Below are positions 28,815 through 38,737 of a DNA stretch of 64,000 nucleotides, in pieces. The notes under the pieces were generated by a model that searched no databases, was not told the origin of the DNA, and was given only the letters and a program-made list of their open reading frames with translations. Both the position numbers and the translations under genes were made by a program. Origin of the DNA: an uncultured Deinococcaceae bacterium (GTDB taxonomy: Bacteria; Deinococcota; Deinococci; Deinococcales; Deinococcaceae); NCBI GenBank assembly GCA_964252075.1, contig CAXULY010000006.1, positions 96,001 through 160,000 of the forward strand, in the 5' to 3' direction. The first letter of the stretch is position 1; the number at the start of each line of letters is the position of its first letter.

Positions 28815-29698
28815 TTAGCGGTCCGCGGTGCGCTTTCCCGCCACGACCTGCGCGTGGTTCAGGGCCGCCACGAGGGACACGCCGCCCAGGATGTTCCCGA
28901 AGAGCGTGGGGAGCATGTAGTCCAGCAGGTACCCTCCGATGGAGAGGCCGCCCGTCACGACGAGGAACAGCACCTCCACGGACCCCGCGATGATGTGGCT
29001 GAGCTCCGCGAGGCCCACGACGAAGGTCAGGATGATGATGATGCTCACGCGCGCCGACTCGGCGGCGGGCAACAGCCAGACCATCAGCGCGATGAGCCAC
29101 CCGGCGAACACCCCTCGAATCAGCAGGGTGGGTGGCGCGTGCCCGGCGGCGTCCTGCCCGATCTGCGCGAAGGTCGCGCGGACGTCCTCGCTGAAGGCGT
29201 TGGTGTGCGCGATCACCAGGGCAAACAGCAGGGCGCCGACGAGGTTCGTGAGCAGCACCACGCCCCACAACCTCAGCATCCGCAGCAGCCGGGAGGCGCT
29301 GAACGACTGCATAAGCGGCAGGATGGGGGTCAGGGTGTTTTCCGTGAAGAGCTGTTGACGCCCTAGAATCACGATCAGGAAGCCGAGGCTGTACCCGAAC
29401 TTCGCGATGAGGGGGCGTCCGGCAGGTGGTTGCGCAGCAGCCCCTCCGCGACGAGGGAGAACCCCATGCTGAGGCCTGCGGCCAGCCCCGACCAGGCGAG
29501 GGCCGACACGGGCCGCTCGAGGTCCTCCTCACCGAGGTTGCGGATGACCTCATGCACCACCAGCGGCGAGATCGCCGCGCGCTCCTCCACCTGAGTGGCC
29601 TCCTGCTCGCCCAGCGGGAGGTCCGCCTGGCCCTGCGCGGGCTGGTCTTCCTGCGGGCGCCGCCCGTCGTCACGCCGCGCGCCCTTGCGGCCGTTCAT
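28815..29698 (-). pseudogene. Formate/nitrite transporter (FNT, YfdC-like), frameshifted near 29410
   Basis: N-part VHEVIRNLGEEDLERPVSALAWSGLAAGLSMGFS...HLPDAP continues in another frame as PLIAKFGYSLGFLIVILGRQQLFTENTL...GNILGGVSLVAALNHAQV. Confidence 0.8.
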
Positions 29699-30167
29699 TC
29701 CATGCGGTTGGGGTGCTGCGTGCTGGTCGCCGTCTCTGCATACAGGCAGCGTGGCAGGCGCGCTCCATTTCGGGAGGCGTGCAAGCTGAAGGTCACTTGG
29801 TGGAGTTCCAAGGAATGCGCTTGTGGCGCTCAACTGCGCAACACGCGCCCCTCACGGACCCCAGGCGGACGAAGCGGCGTGATGGCCGGACGGAGACCCA
29901 AAGATGCCGCTGGTTCGCGGGTTCGTGGTGATGGACGGATTGCAGTCGATGACCTGACCGATCGCGCCGCCCATGGCGGCGTGGGCCACGCGAGTGGGTG
30001 AGGTGGAACATGAAGCATGACCGTTGAGTGCGCCCTGGCCGTCATCGCGACGACGCGCCGCTCTCGGCGCACCGCGCGTTGGCGGTCGAGGACAGCGCGG
30101 CCTACTGCAGCTCATTGAGCGGGTCGCCGCCTGCGTTGGTCGTCTCGCTCAAGGGTGCGTGGGACGC

Positions 30168-30821
30168 TCACGCGGCGCCCCGCACGGGTTCGCCCGTGAT
30201 CCGCACGACGCCGGGGTGATCCATCCGTGCGTCGTTGATGGCGCTGTCCAGGGGCAGCACCTCGTACACGTGCGCGGGCACCGGGTTCAGCTCGTCGCGC
30301 GATCCGGCCAGCCAGGCGTCCCATTGAGCGGCGGGGAGGACCAGCGGCTGGCGCTCGTGCAGCCAGGTCAGGGCGGGCTGGGCGGGGGTGGTGATCACCG
30401 CGAAGGTGGGTTGGCCGTCGTCGTCCGTCCACAGGGCGGCCAGCACCACCGGCTTGTGGTCCCGGCGGCGGACCAGGTACGGCAGTTTGCGTCCGCCCTG
30501 CGGGTTGGGGCGCCACTCGATCCAGCCGGTGACGGGCAGCAGGGCGTGACGCCGCTTCCAGGCATCCCGGAAGGCGGGTTTGCTTGCGACGGTCTCGATG
30601 CGGGCGTTGAAGAGCGCCAGCTGGTCGGCCTGGGCGCGGTTCATGTCTTCGGGCACCAGGCCCCAGCGGGCGGGGGTGATGAACCGCTCTCCGTCCTCGG
30701 CGCGCAGCAGGCCCAGGGTGGCGCTGCGGGTGGCGTTGTAGCGGGGCGCCACGCTGGGGACGGGGACGCCCAGCAGCGCCCAGTGCTGGGGCGTCAGGTC
30801 TGCGATCACTCGTCCACACAT
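30168..30821 (-). CDS. SOS response-associated peptidase (SRAP / YedK / HMCES family)
   Basis: N-terminal MCGR (catalytic Cys2), RYNAT, RWGLVP, FNARIET, WIEW, HERQPLVL. Confidence 0.92.
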   Translation of the reverse strand: MCGRVIADLTPQHWALLGVPVPSVAPRYNATRSATLGLLRAEDGERFITPARWGLVPEDMNRAQADQLALFNARIETVASKPAFRDAWKRRHALLPVTGWIEWRPNPQGGRKLPYLVRRRDHKPVVLAALWTDDDGQPTFAVITTPAQPALTWLHERQPLVLPAAQWDAWLAGSRDELNPVPAHVYEVLPLDSAINDARMDHPGVVRITGEPVRGAA

Positions 30822-30842
30822 AATCGAATTCTAGCCGTTCAT

Positions 30843-30859
30843 TTACGCTAATTACGTAA
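30843..30859. promoter_or_regulatory. RDRM (radiation/desiccation response motif, DdrO operator)
   Basis: 17-bp TTACGCTAATTACGTAA fits the RDRM palindrome TTAYG-N7-CRTAA. It sits over the -35 region of the SRAP promoter (TAGAAT -10 at 30828-30833, 6 nt from ATG). Confidence 0.75.
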
Positions 30860-31136
30860 TTTGATGACGGTTTCTCTGGGGGGTCAGGCCCAGAGGTTCC
30901 CCTGTGCGTTCGTGTGGGTGTTCAAGGTTGGAATGGCCCCGCCAGGCGTGGTTGTGGATGCGCCCTGCGGCCATCACAGCGCGGTGGGGACTGGGATCGC
31001 ACCGAGCGCACGCCGGGTTCAGGGGAGATGTGCCTGCACCATCCCTGGGCAGCGGCGGCACGGTGGCGGTCCGCTTCGACCTGAACCGCTGCACTCCGGC
31101 ATCACCGCATCTGGCGGGCCATGTCACGCGCGCCCC

Positions 31137-31167
31137 TTGAGCTGGCCCTAGGGGCCAGCTTTACCTT
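31137..31167 (+). promoter_or_regulatory. MerR-type promoter with 19-bp spacer and dyad operator
   Basis: TTGAGC-19nt-TACCTT-6nt-GTG; palindrome AGCTGGCCC-TAG-GGGCCAGCT at 31140-31160. Confidence 0.8.
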
Positions 31168-31173
31168 TGTCGT

Positions 31174-31992
31174 GTGCGTGACCTCATGCCCAGTGGACGC
31201 TTCGCTCAACTCGCGCGCCTGTCGCGAAAGGCGCTGCGCCTCTACGCCGAGCAGGGCCTCCTCCGGCCCGTGCATGTCAACCCAGACAGCGGCTACCGCT
31301 ACTACAGCCTCGGCCAGCTCGAAGACGCGCGCCGCATCAGCACCCTCCGGGCGCTCAACATGCCCCTCGACGTGATTCGCGAGGCCCTGCGAACGTGGAA
31401 CACCGCCGAGCTCTCGCGTCACCTCGAACAGCACCGCGAAGAGCTGCTGCGGCAGGCCGAGCGGGTCAACGCCGCCCTGCGCGCGCTGGACCACCTCGCC
31501 CTGCAGGCCGAGCCCACGTACACCGTCCATGTCAAGACGGTCGTGCCTCAGCCGTACCTCGGCCTGCGGCAATGGTGCGCGCCTGAAGAGGCGTGCCACG
31601 TGATTGCACGCGCGCAGGAGGTCCTCACCACCACGCTGCACGACGCGCTGCTGTCCGCACGGGGCGCCCCCCTGGCGCGCTACCACGACGAGCGCGAGGA
31701 CGCCTGGGACGTTGAGGTGTGCGTGCCCTTCGACGGCGCCGCGCCCGCCCGCCTGCCCGGATCCGTGACGACGGGCGAGTTGCCCGGAGGCGTGGCCGCG
31801 TACACCGTGCACGCGGGTGACTGCGGCGGCAGTCACGGCATGCAGGGCGCCTACGCCACCGTGTGGCAGTGGCTGCACGCGCACGGTCACGAGCCGCTCG
31901 GCGGCCCGTACGAGGTGTACCTGTTCGACGAGACGAACACGACCGACCCGGCGGACCACCGCACGGAAATTGCCTGGCTGATCAAGCCGTAA
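31174..31992 (+). CDS. MerR family regulator (BmrR-like) with GyrI-like effector domain
   Basis: GRFAQLARLSRKALRLYAEQGLLRPVHVNPDSGYRYYS; C-terminal GPYEVYL...HRTEIAW. Confidence 0.9.
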   Translation: MRDLMPSGRFAQLARLSRKALRLYAEQGLLRPVHVNPDSGYRYYSLGQLEDARRISTLRALNMPLDVIREALRTWNTAELSRHLEQHREELLRQAERVNAALRALDHLALQAEPTYTVHVKTVVPQPYLGLRQWCAPEEACHVIARAQEVLTTTLHDALLSARGAPLARYHDEREDAWDVEVCVPFDGAAPARLPGSVTTGELPGGVAAYTVHAGDCGGSHGMQGAYATVWQWLHAHGHEPLGGPYEVYLFDETNTTDPADHRTEIAWLIKP

Positions 31993-32030
31993 CGACAGCG
32001 CACCATCACCCATCACATCGGGAGGACAAC

Positions 32031-33026
32031 ATGGTCAAGTACACCTTGGGCGGGAGCGGTCTGGAGGTCAACAGGCTCGGCATGGGGTGCTGGGCGATCG
32101 GCGGGCCCTTCTGGGCGGGCAGCCAGCCGCTCGGTTGGGGTGAAGTCGACGACGACGAATCCAGGCGGGCGATTCAGGTGGCGGTCGACCTTGGCGTGAC
32201 CTTGTTCGACACGGCCGACGTGTACGGCACGGGGCACAGTGAACGCGTCCTCGGCGCTGCGTTGCGGGGCGTGCGCGACCGCGTGGTGATCGCCACAAAG
32301 TTCGGCAACGTCTTCGACGAGCGGACGCGCCAGATGACGGGTACGGCGGCGTCGCCGTCCGCCATTCGCGCCGCCCTCGAGGGCAGCCTGCAGCGCCTGG
32401 GCACCGACTGGGTCGACCTGTACCAGTTCCACCTGTCGGATTACGACCTGGAGCGCGCCGCCGAAGTGCAGGACACCCTCGAAGCCCTCGCGCGTGAGGG
32501 CCTCATCCGCGCGTACGCCTGGAGCACCGATGACCCGGAGCGCGCCGCGATCTTCGCCCAGGGTGCCTCATGCGTGGCCGTGCAGCACGCGTTGAGCGTG
32601 CTGCACGACGCCCCCGAGATGCTTGCCCTGTGTGAGCGGCACGACCTCGCGAGCATCAACCGGAGTCCACTGGCAATGGGACTGCTCAGCGGCAAATTCA
32701 CCGCGCGCACCCACCTGCCCGCCGATGATGTGCGGGGACAGCCACCAGCGTGGCTGGACCTGTTCGAGGGGGGCCAACCGACCGCCACCCGGCTGGCGCG
32801 CGTCAACGCGGTGCGCGACATCCTGACGAGCGGCGGGCGCACCATGGCCCAGGGCGCCCTCGCGTGGATCTGGGCGCGGAGTGCGCGCACAGTGCCCATC
32901 CCGGGATTCCGGACGGTCGCCCAGGTGCGCGAGAACGTCGCGGCGCTTGTGGCTGGACCGCTGAGCGCAGAGCAGCTTCGCGAGGTCGGCACCCTGCTGG
33001 CGTGGGGTGACGCGATCACCGGATAG
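32031..33026 (+). CDS. Aldo/keto reductase
   Basis: LGMGCWAIGG, FDTADVYGTGHSE, IATKFG, SLQRLGTDWVDLYQFH, PIPG. GGAGG RBS. Confidence 0.92.
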   Translation: MVKYTLGGSGLEVNRLGMGCWAIGGPFWAGSQPLGWGEVDDDESRRAIQVAVDLGVTLFDTADVYGTGHSERVLGAALRGVRDRVVIATKFGNVFDERTRQMTGTAASPSAIRAALEGSLQRLGTDWVDLYQFHLSDYDLERAAEVQDTLEALAREGLIRAYAWSTDDPERAAIFAQGASCVAVQHALSVLHDAPEMLALCERHDLASINRSPLAMGLLSGKFTARTHLPADDVRGQPPAWLDLFEGGQPTATRLARVNAVRDILTSGGRTMAQGALAWIWARSARTVPIPGFRTVAQVRENVAALVAGPLSAEQLREVGTLLAWGDAITG

Positions 33027-33381
33027 GGGCGGCGGGACAGCGGGCGTCCCGCTGATCGTAAGGCGACGGGCGGTGAAGCCTTCAGATCGGATGGGGCACT
33101 CACCACGCCTCGGAGCGGAGCACCTGGTTCCGCATGAGGTCCGCCTCGGAGACCCAGATGCCTTCAGGACACCGAAACACGCACGAGCAGTGCGCGTTCA
33201 TCCCCTGCATGGGCCTCAATAACGTCTGGGTGAGGAGGCCTTCGTGTGATCACGCCCCGAGCTGATGTGTTGACGTCGGCGCCCGTGGAAGGGGGCATGT
33301 GGCGACCTCGGCGCCTCACCGTTGAGCTATCGGAAGCAGGTCGTCGGGCTCCCTTCTCCTCCTCGGCGTTGCGGCCGACCC

Positions 33382-33888
33382 CTACCCTTGATCCCGCGCG
33401 CCACTCTGCCGGAGGATCTCGTCCACGACCTGCCCGAGCGGTGCCGTCGCATCAATGCTGATGGCCTGCTGGGGCACCTCCGCTCTCGTCTGGTGCAACC
33501 GCACCATGCGCTCCCTTTCCGTGGGCCCACCGGCACCCCACGCCTCAGCTGGACGCGCGTCAAGGCGCCGGTTCAGCGTGTCCAGGTCGACTTCGAGGAC
33601 AAAGACGCCATCGAACAGGTCCAGGAATGTCTCGAAGTTCCTGGACCCGCCGCAAAAGTACGTCGCTTCCGCATCGTGGCTGGCCACCAGGGCCCTGACC
33701 TGATCGACGCGCCAGAGATGGTGCTCGTGAACATGGCCATCGGTGGGCTCCCCCGTTTCCGGATCGCCTTGATACGCCAACTCGCGGTCCCCGTGCACCA
33801 CGTGGTATCCCCTGCGCTGCAGTTCCTCACCGACCGACGTTTTGCCGGTGCAGGACAGGCCCTCCACCAGGTAGTTCCGGACGCCCAT
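33382..33888 (-). CDS. P-loop nucleoside/nucleotide kinase-like protein
   Basis: MGVRNYLVEGLSCTGKTS (Walker A), HGDRELAY, CGGSRN, IDATAPL. Confidence 0.8.
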   Translation of the reverse strand: MGVRNYLVEGLSCTGKTSVGEELQRRGYHVVHGDRELAYQGDPETGEPTDGHVHEHHLWRVDQVRALVASHDAEATYFCGGSRNFETFLDLFDGVFVLEVDLDTLNRRLDARPAEAWGAGGPTERERMVRLHQTRAEVPQQAISIDATAPLGQVVDEILRQSGARDQG

Positions 33889-34574
33889 ACCCAGCAGCAT
33901 ACCCAGTCGTTCGCCCTTGGCGACGGGTGGGGGTGCACCTGGATGTGGTCAGCGGCGTGCCACCCGCTTCGCCAGCACATGGATTGATCCTGTTGGCATT
34001 GAACGGGTGTGGGCGGGAAGAGGTGGCGTGCTTGCCCGCCTGCAGCGATGCCCACACCCCAAGTCGGCCACCGAACTTTTGCAGACTTCAATGAAGGGCG
34101 CGCGTTCAGGTTGGGTTCGGGCCGACGGTCCCGGACAGGAACGAGCGGGAGCGCTTCAGCATTGAGGCTGGGAAGGTCGTACGTCCCCCTTCCCTGCTGT
34201 GGGCGTGCCTTCGCTCCATCCTGCCCGTTCCTGCTGGAGCCGCCAACATCGCGGACGCCGAGGTCAACGTCGCGCGGGCCGAGGCGCAGGCCGGCGACAC
34301 CCACCTGCAGGTGAACGCCGTCCTGAACCAGGCCGCCCCAGGCTTCTACCAGGGCTTCACGCTGGAGCCGACCCCCTCCTGGCAGCAGGACCGCGCCCAT
34401 GGTGCCTCTGGCGTGCACCTCAGCTTCAGCCGTTTGAGTGACCTGCGAGCCCGGCTGGCCGACCCCTGCGCCGACCGAGTCCCTTAGCAGGGGTTCGGCC
34501 TGGCCACCGACGGACAGCGGGTGGCGATCATGTCCGCGAGCCCAAGTTCGTGGATCCCCCGAAGTCCCGCGCGC

Positions 34575-34616
34575 GGGCCCTGGCACCGTTGGTCGCGACC
34601 AACGGTGCCAGGGCCC
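34575..34616. repeat. Perfect 42-bp palindrome
   Basis: GGGCCCTGGCACCGTTGGTCG followed directly by its reverse complement CGACCAACGGTGCCAGGGCCC. Confidence 0.9.
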
Positions 34617-34655
34617 AATCGTGGCGCTGCCAGAGGGAGCAACGTGCCCTGCGCG

Positions 34656-34949
34656 TCAAGCGACGGGCTCAAAATGTTCGACGATGGCGGGCGCAGCCGC
34701 GAAGGGGCGCACGACCGCGAGCCACTCGGCATAGAGCGGGCCCTGCCGGAATCCGACGGTGTGGTCTTCCAGGGTGTCCCAGGAGGCCTGGAGGAGGTAG
34801 CGCTCGGGCGACTCGATGCCGCGGTACACCTGGCACCCCTGAAAGCCCGGGACGCGCCCGATCAGGGTGGCGATGGTGCGCTGCACCGCTTCCTCGAACG
34901 CGGCGTTCTCTCCAGGGCGAATGCGAAGATCAGCAAGTTCGACGATCAT
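34656..34949 (-). CDS. Antibiotic biosynthesis monooxygenase (ABM) family protein
   Basis: MIVELADLRIRPGENAAFEEA...RGIESPERYLLQASWDTLEDHTVGFRQGP...VEHFEPV. GGAGG RBS. Confidence 0.88.
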   Translation of the reverse strand: MIVELADLRIRPGENAAFEEAVQRTIATLIGRVPGFQGCQVYRGIESPERYLLQASWDTLEDHTVGFRQGPLYAEWLAVVRPFAAAPAIVEHFEPVA

Positions 34950-35104
34950 GAGTACCTCCAAGTGTGGGCCGAATTCGGCGCGATGGTACAGCGATGAGGC
35001 AAACGGTGGGCAGAAGTCGGGAAAGGTCCGCCTCCCATCGGGACCAAGAGCAGCTTGCCTACAGGCGGGCGGTTGTGTTCCGGATCGATGAGGGCTGGGG
35101 TGAT

Positions 35105-35260
35105 CTGACCCTGCTTGACCCCTGCGGATCTTCCCATCCATTGGGCGGGCCGCCGCCCTGATCTGCACGCGAACCTGGCCGGGTCTCGGCAGGGACGTTC
35201 GACCTCTTCCAGCCGGAGTGCTGCCAACCCGCCTGACCGGTGGGACTGAACGCGCTTCAT
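35105..35260 (-). pseudogene. 5' remnant of an MDR/quinone-oxidoreductase-like gene
   Basis: MKRVQSHRSGGLAALRLEEVERP shifts frame into PRPGQVRVQIRAAA-RPMDGKIRRG, typical of the MDR N-terminus, then is lost. Divergent from TetR. Confidence 0.6.
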
Positions 35261-35300
35261 GCGCCTCTCCTTCTGCCGACCGCTCTAAAGAGCTAGCATG

Positions 35301-35341
35301 TGTCAGCGACTGACTATACAACGAAAAGTCAGTCGCTGACA
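35301..35341. promoter_or_regulatory. TetR operator pair (15-bp inverted repeat)
   Basis: TGTCAGCGACTGACT-N11-AGTCAGTCGCTGACA; each arm is itself GTCAG-N3-CTGAC. Confidence 0.75.
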
Positions 35342-35356
35342 ATAAGGAGAGTCGCC

Positions 35357-35977
35357 ATGCCCCGAAACCGTGAAGTGGTCCACCGACGGCTCCAGCAGGC
35401 CGCCCTGGAGCTGTTCCTCGAGCGCGGGTACGACCAGACGACGACCGCCGAAATCGCGGCGCGCGCGGGCGTTACCCAACGCACCTTCTTCCGCCACTTC
35501 GCGAACAAGCGCGACACCCTCTTCGGCCAGGAGATCAGACTGCAGACCGCCCTCGTAGACGCCGTCGCTCACGCGCCACCGCACCTCACCCCGGTCCAGA
35601 CGACGCTGGTCGCGTTGCAAGCCGTGGAAGCGATCTTCGAGGAACAGCGCGCCTTTCTCGAGCCACGGTCCGCCGTCATCGCCGCGACGCCCGCCCTGAA
35701 CGAGCGGGAGCTGACCAAGACCACAGCCTTGACCGGACTCCTGGCCTCCGCGCTGGAACACCGCGGGATCGCCAAAGCGCTGGCCACGTTGGCCGCGCAG
35801 GCGAGCATGGCGGCCTGCCAGTATGCGATGACGGCGTGGCTGGCCGACGGTTCCGTCCGGCTGAGCGTCCAGTTCGACCGGGCGTTCGCTCAGCTCTCTG
35901 GTTTGTTCTCCAATCCTCCTGAGCTTCAGGACACTGAGGTGAGGAGCAGGACGAAGCGTGGACTGGAGAGCGACTGA
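35357..35977 (+). CDS. TetR family regulator
   Basis: LQQAALELFLERGYDQTTTAEIAARAGVTQRTFFRHFANKRDTLF. AAGGAG RBS. Confidence 0.92.
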   Translation: MPRNREVVHRRLQQAALELFLERGYDQTTTAEIAARAGVTQRTFFRHFANKRDTLFGQEIRLQTALVDAVAHAPPHLTPVQTTLVALQAVEAIFEEQRAFLEPRSAVIAATPALNERELTKTTALTGLLASALEHRGIAKALATLAAQASMAACQYAMTAWLADGSVRLSVQFDRAFAQLSGLFSNPPELQDTEVRSRTKRGLESD

Positions 35978-36250
35978 CCGCATTGCCGAAGGTGCTGTAT
36001 GGCCTGAGAAAGACGATACCGAGCGTCAGAACGCGTCGTCAAACACGGCGATATGGCGCTGGACCAGCCGCCGATGCATGGCCTCGTGGAGGTGCCACTC
36101 GACCGCGCAAGGTGAAGCCGGAGTGGACCCCGCCCGGTGCCGTGCGGGGGGACTCCGGGGCAAATGCTGCACTTGGGAGCGCCGCGTGACAGGACTTCCG
36201 TTGATGCCTCACCCTGACCCCCATCTTGCGCCCAGTCGTGCGCCCTCTTG

Positions 36251-36279
36251 GGACTGAACGACGGCGTTCAGTCCGTTTT
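36251..36279 (+). terminator. Intrinsic terminator between convergent TetR and SDR genes
   Basis: GGACTGAACG-ACGG-CGTTCAGTCC followed by GTTTT. Confidence 0.65.
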
Positions 36280-36348
36280 GGACGCATCACGCCTCTGCGG
36301 TCTGGCGTCCGTAGTCGCAGTTTGGCTCTGGAGTTGTATGGGTGCTCC

Positions 36349-37125
36349 TCAGGTGGTGGGCCAGCGGTGGCCGCTGATGGCCGCGCAGGCGGCGAGCACA
36401 TGGCCCTGCAACGCTTCGTTGCGCGCCTGCGGGTGCACCTCGGCGGGCTGTTGGTGGTGGAAGTACTGGCCGCTGACCTGGGCGGCGGGGTCGTCGCTGA
36501 CGGCCAGCCACGCCTGGGTAACGGGCGCGAGCGAGAGGTCGTCCGGGGCGTCCGGGCCGCCCATGCGGGTCGCGACCCAGCCGGGCTCGAGGGCGTTGGC
36601 ATGGGTGTCCGGCCAGCGGCGCGCGGCGGCGAAGGCGAGCAGCACGTCGAAGAGCTTCGAGTCCGCGTACGCCTGGAAGCCGCTCCAGGGGCGCCGCGCC
36701 CACTGGAGGTCCGTGAGGTCCGCCGAGCCGGAGCGGTGCAGGCCGGAGCTCAGGTACACCTGCCGGGCGGGGCGCTCGATGAGGGCCGTCAGGACGTAGG
36801 GCGCCAGGGTGTTGATGGCGAACACGTGCGAGAGGCCGTCTGCGGTGCGGATGCGGCGCGGTTCGCGGTACCCCACCCCGGCGTTGTGGATGACCGCGTC
36901 GAGGCGGCCCAGCGCGTTGGCCTGTTCGGCCACCGACCGCATCTCGGCGAGGCTGCTGAGGTCGCCGATCACGACGGTGCGGGCCTCGAGGTCCTGCGCG
37001 AAGGCCCGTTGGGCGCGGCTTTCGCTGCGCGCGTGGTCGACGACCTGGTGGCCCTGCGCGCGCAGCAGGTCCGCGGCCATGCGGCCCAGGCCTTCGGTGG
37101 ATCCAGTGATCAGGACGCGCGCCAT
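36349..37125 (-). CDS. Short-chain dehydrogenase/reductase
   Basis: VLITGSTEGLG, HNAGVG, YADSK (YxxxK), PGWVATRMGG. Confidence 0.9.
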   Translation of the reverse strand: MARVLITGSTEGLGRMAADLLRAQGHQVVDHARSESRAQRAFAQDLEARTVVIGDLSSLAEMRSVAEQANALGRLDAVIHNAGVGYREPRRIRTADGLSHVFAINTLAPYVLTALIERPARQVYLSSGLHRSGSADLTDLQWARRPWSGFQAYADSKLFDVLLAFAAARRWPDTHANALEPGWVATRMGGPDAPDDLSLAPVTQAWLAVSDDPAAQVSGQYFHHQQPAEVHPQARNEALQGHVLAACAAISGHRWPTT

Positions 37126-37126
37126 G

Positions 37127-38011
37127 TCAGTGCCGCTCCTCGCTTTGCCGCGCGAGGGCCTCGGTGAGCACGGTGTCCAGAGGCGTGGGGCCGAAGCGGT
37201 GTTCGGTGGCGGGGCCGTGGAAGAAGTCGATGAGGCCGGAGTTGAAGCCGTCGAGCATCTCGATGCGGCCTTCGCTGGGCGTGGCGCCCTGCGCGGCGAA
37301 GACGGTGGACCACGTGGAGCGGGGGATGGCGGTGGCGTGCACGGGGCGGCGCAGCACCCCGGTGAACGCGGCGGCGAGGTCGTCGGGGGAGGAGCGGCGG
37401 GGCCCTTCGAGTTCGATGATGCGCTCACCCGTCCAGCGCTGCTGCAGCAGGTCCGCGGCGACCGCGCCGATGTCGCGCGTGGCGACCATTGCGATGGCGC
37501 GATCGAGGGGCTGCAGGAAGCTCGGGAGTTCGCCGGTGTCGCGCGCGCCGGGCAGGTCCCAGACGGCGTTCTCCATGAACCACGCGGCGCGGATGAAGGC
37601 GGTGGGCAGACCCAGGGTGCGCAGTTCCCCTTCGAGGGTGTGGAGTTGTTCGAGGATGCCGGTGCCGCGGTGGCGCTCGGCACCGACGGTGGAGAGGACG
37701 ACCAGCCGTTCCGGGCGCGCCGCGTCGAGGGCGGCGCGCAGGGCGTTCACGATGCGGCGCGTTTCGGGGAAGCCCGCGCTGGGCGTGAAGTTCGCGGGGA
37801 TCATGACGAAGGCGCCCGTGACATCCGTGAAGGCGGCTTGCAGGGCGTCCGCGTCGTGGAGTTCCGCCACGGCGACTTCGGCGCCGCGCACCGTCCACAT
37901 TTCAGCTTTGCTGGGGTCGCGCAGGACCGCACGGACCGCTTGACCGTGGGCGAGGAGGGATCGGGCGGTGGCGCCGCCCACTTGACCGGTATTGCCGGTG
38001 ATGGCGTGCAT
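37127..38011 (-). CDS. NmrA-like NAD(P)-binding protein
   Basis: MHAITGNTGQVGGATARSLL, IRAAWFMEN, MVATRDIG. Confidence 0.88.
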   Translation of the reverse strand: MHAITGNTGQVGGATARSLLAHGQAVRAVLRDPSKAEMWTVRGAEVAVAELHDADALQAAFTDVTGAFVMIPANFTPSAGFPETRRIVNALRAALDAARPERLVVLSTVGAERHRGTGILEQLHTLEGELRTLGLPTAFIRAAWFMENAVWDLPGARDTGELPSFLQPLDRAIAMVATRDIGAVAADLLQQRWTGERIIELEGPRRSSPDDLAAAFTGVLRRPVHATAIPRSTWSTVFAAQGATPSEGRIEMLDGFNSGLIDFFHGPATEHRFGPTPLDTVLTEALARQSEERH

Positions 38012-38066
38012 GAGGACCTCCGGGGCGCGTGTGCGCCCCAGTCGTGGGGTGAAACGGTGGTGTGCC

Positions 38067-38660
38067 CTAGCGGGCGTTGAGGCCGCGCGTGATGAGCGTC
38101 CAGACCGCCTCAAAGTGCGGGTCAGGGTGGGGGGCGGTCCAGCCTGCGGCGTGCGCGGGGTCGTGGAAGCGGGCGGTGGCGTCCAGCACCGCCCGCCCGG
38201 CGGCGTGCGGGTCGTCGGTCTGGAAGGCCCCCTGCTGCACGCCGTCCGTGATGATCAGGGCGAGCTGCCGGGCCAGTTCGGTGCGGTGTTCGGTGACCAC
38301 GTCTTTCGCCTCGGCGGCGAGTTGCAGGTAGTTGGTGAACAGCTCAGGGTCGCCCTTGGCGCGCGCGTGCTTGGCGCGGATGAGCGCGTCCAGCCAGGCG
38401 CGCAGGCGGGACATGGCGGGGCCGTTGGCGTGCGCGATGCCCGTGAGGTCGGGCAACACGCCCTCAAGCCAGCGGGCGGTGACGGCCTCCCGCAGGGCCG
38501 CCTTGCTGGGGTAGTGGCGGTAGACGGTGCCGTGACTGACGCCGAGGGCGCGGGCCACGTCCACGACGGTGGCCTTGGCAGGACCGTGGCGGCGCAGGAC
38601 TTCTTCGGCGGTATCGAGGATGCGTTCGGGCGTGAGGGGGCCGGATGGGGGCATGGGCAC
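38067..38660 (-). CDS. TetR family regulator
   Basis: ILDTAEEVLRRHGPAKATVVDVARALGVSHGTVYRHYPSK. Confidence 0.92.
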   Translation of the reverse strand: MPMPPSGPLTPERILDTAEEVLRRHGPAKATVVDVARALGVSHGTVYRHYPSKAALREAVTARWLEGVLPDLTGIAHANGPAMSRLRAWLDALIRAKHARAKGDPELFTNYLQLAAEAKDVVTEHRTELARQLALIITDGVQQGAFQTDDPHAAGRAVLDATARFHDPAHAAGWTAPHPDPHFEAVWTLITRGLNAR

Positions 38661-38713
38661 GGGACCTCCGGAGGGCGGGTCTTGAGGCCCGTGCCGTCAT
38701 GGTAGTCCGACAG

Positions 38714-38737
38714 ATGACAAAAATCAATACTTGTCAT
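38714..38737. promoter_or_regulatory. Putative TetR operator
   Basis: ATGACAA-N10-TTGTCAT in an AT-rich patch upstream of the TetR-NmrA-SDR operon. Confidence 0.6.

Noticed and set aside
34225..34490. Plus-strand stretch with coding-like codon bias (NIADAEVNVARAEAQAGDTHLQVNAVLNQ...)
   Set aside because: No upstream start codon in frame and no recognisable family; probably a gene remnant.
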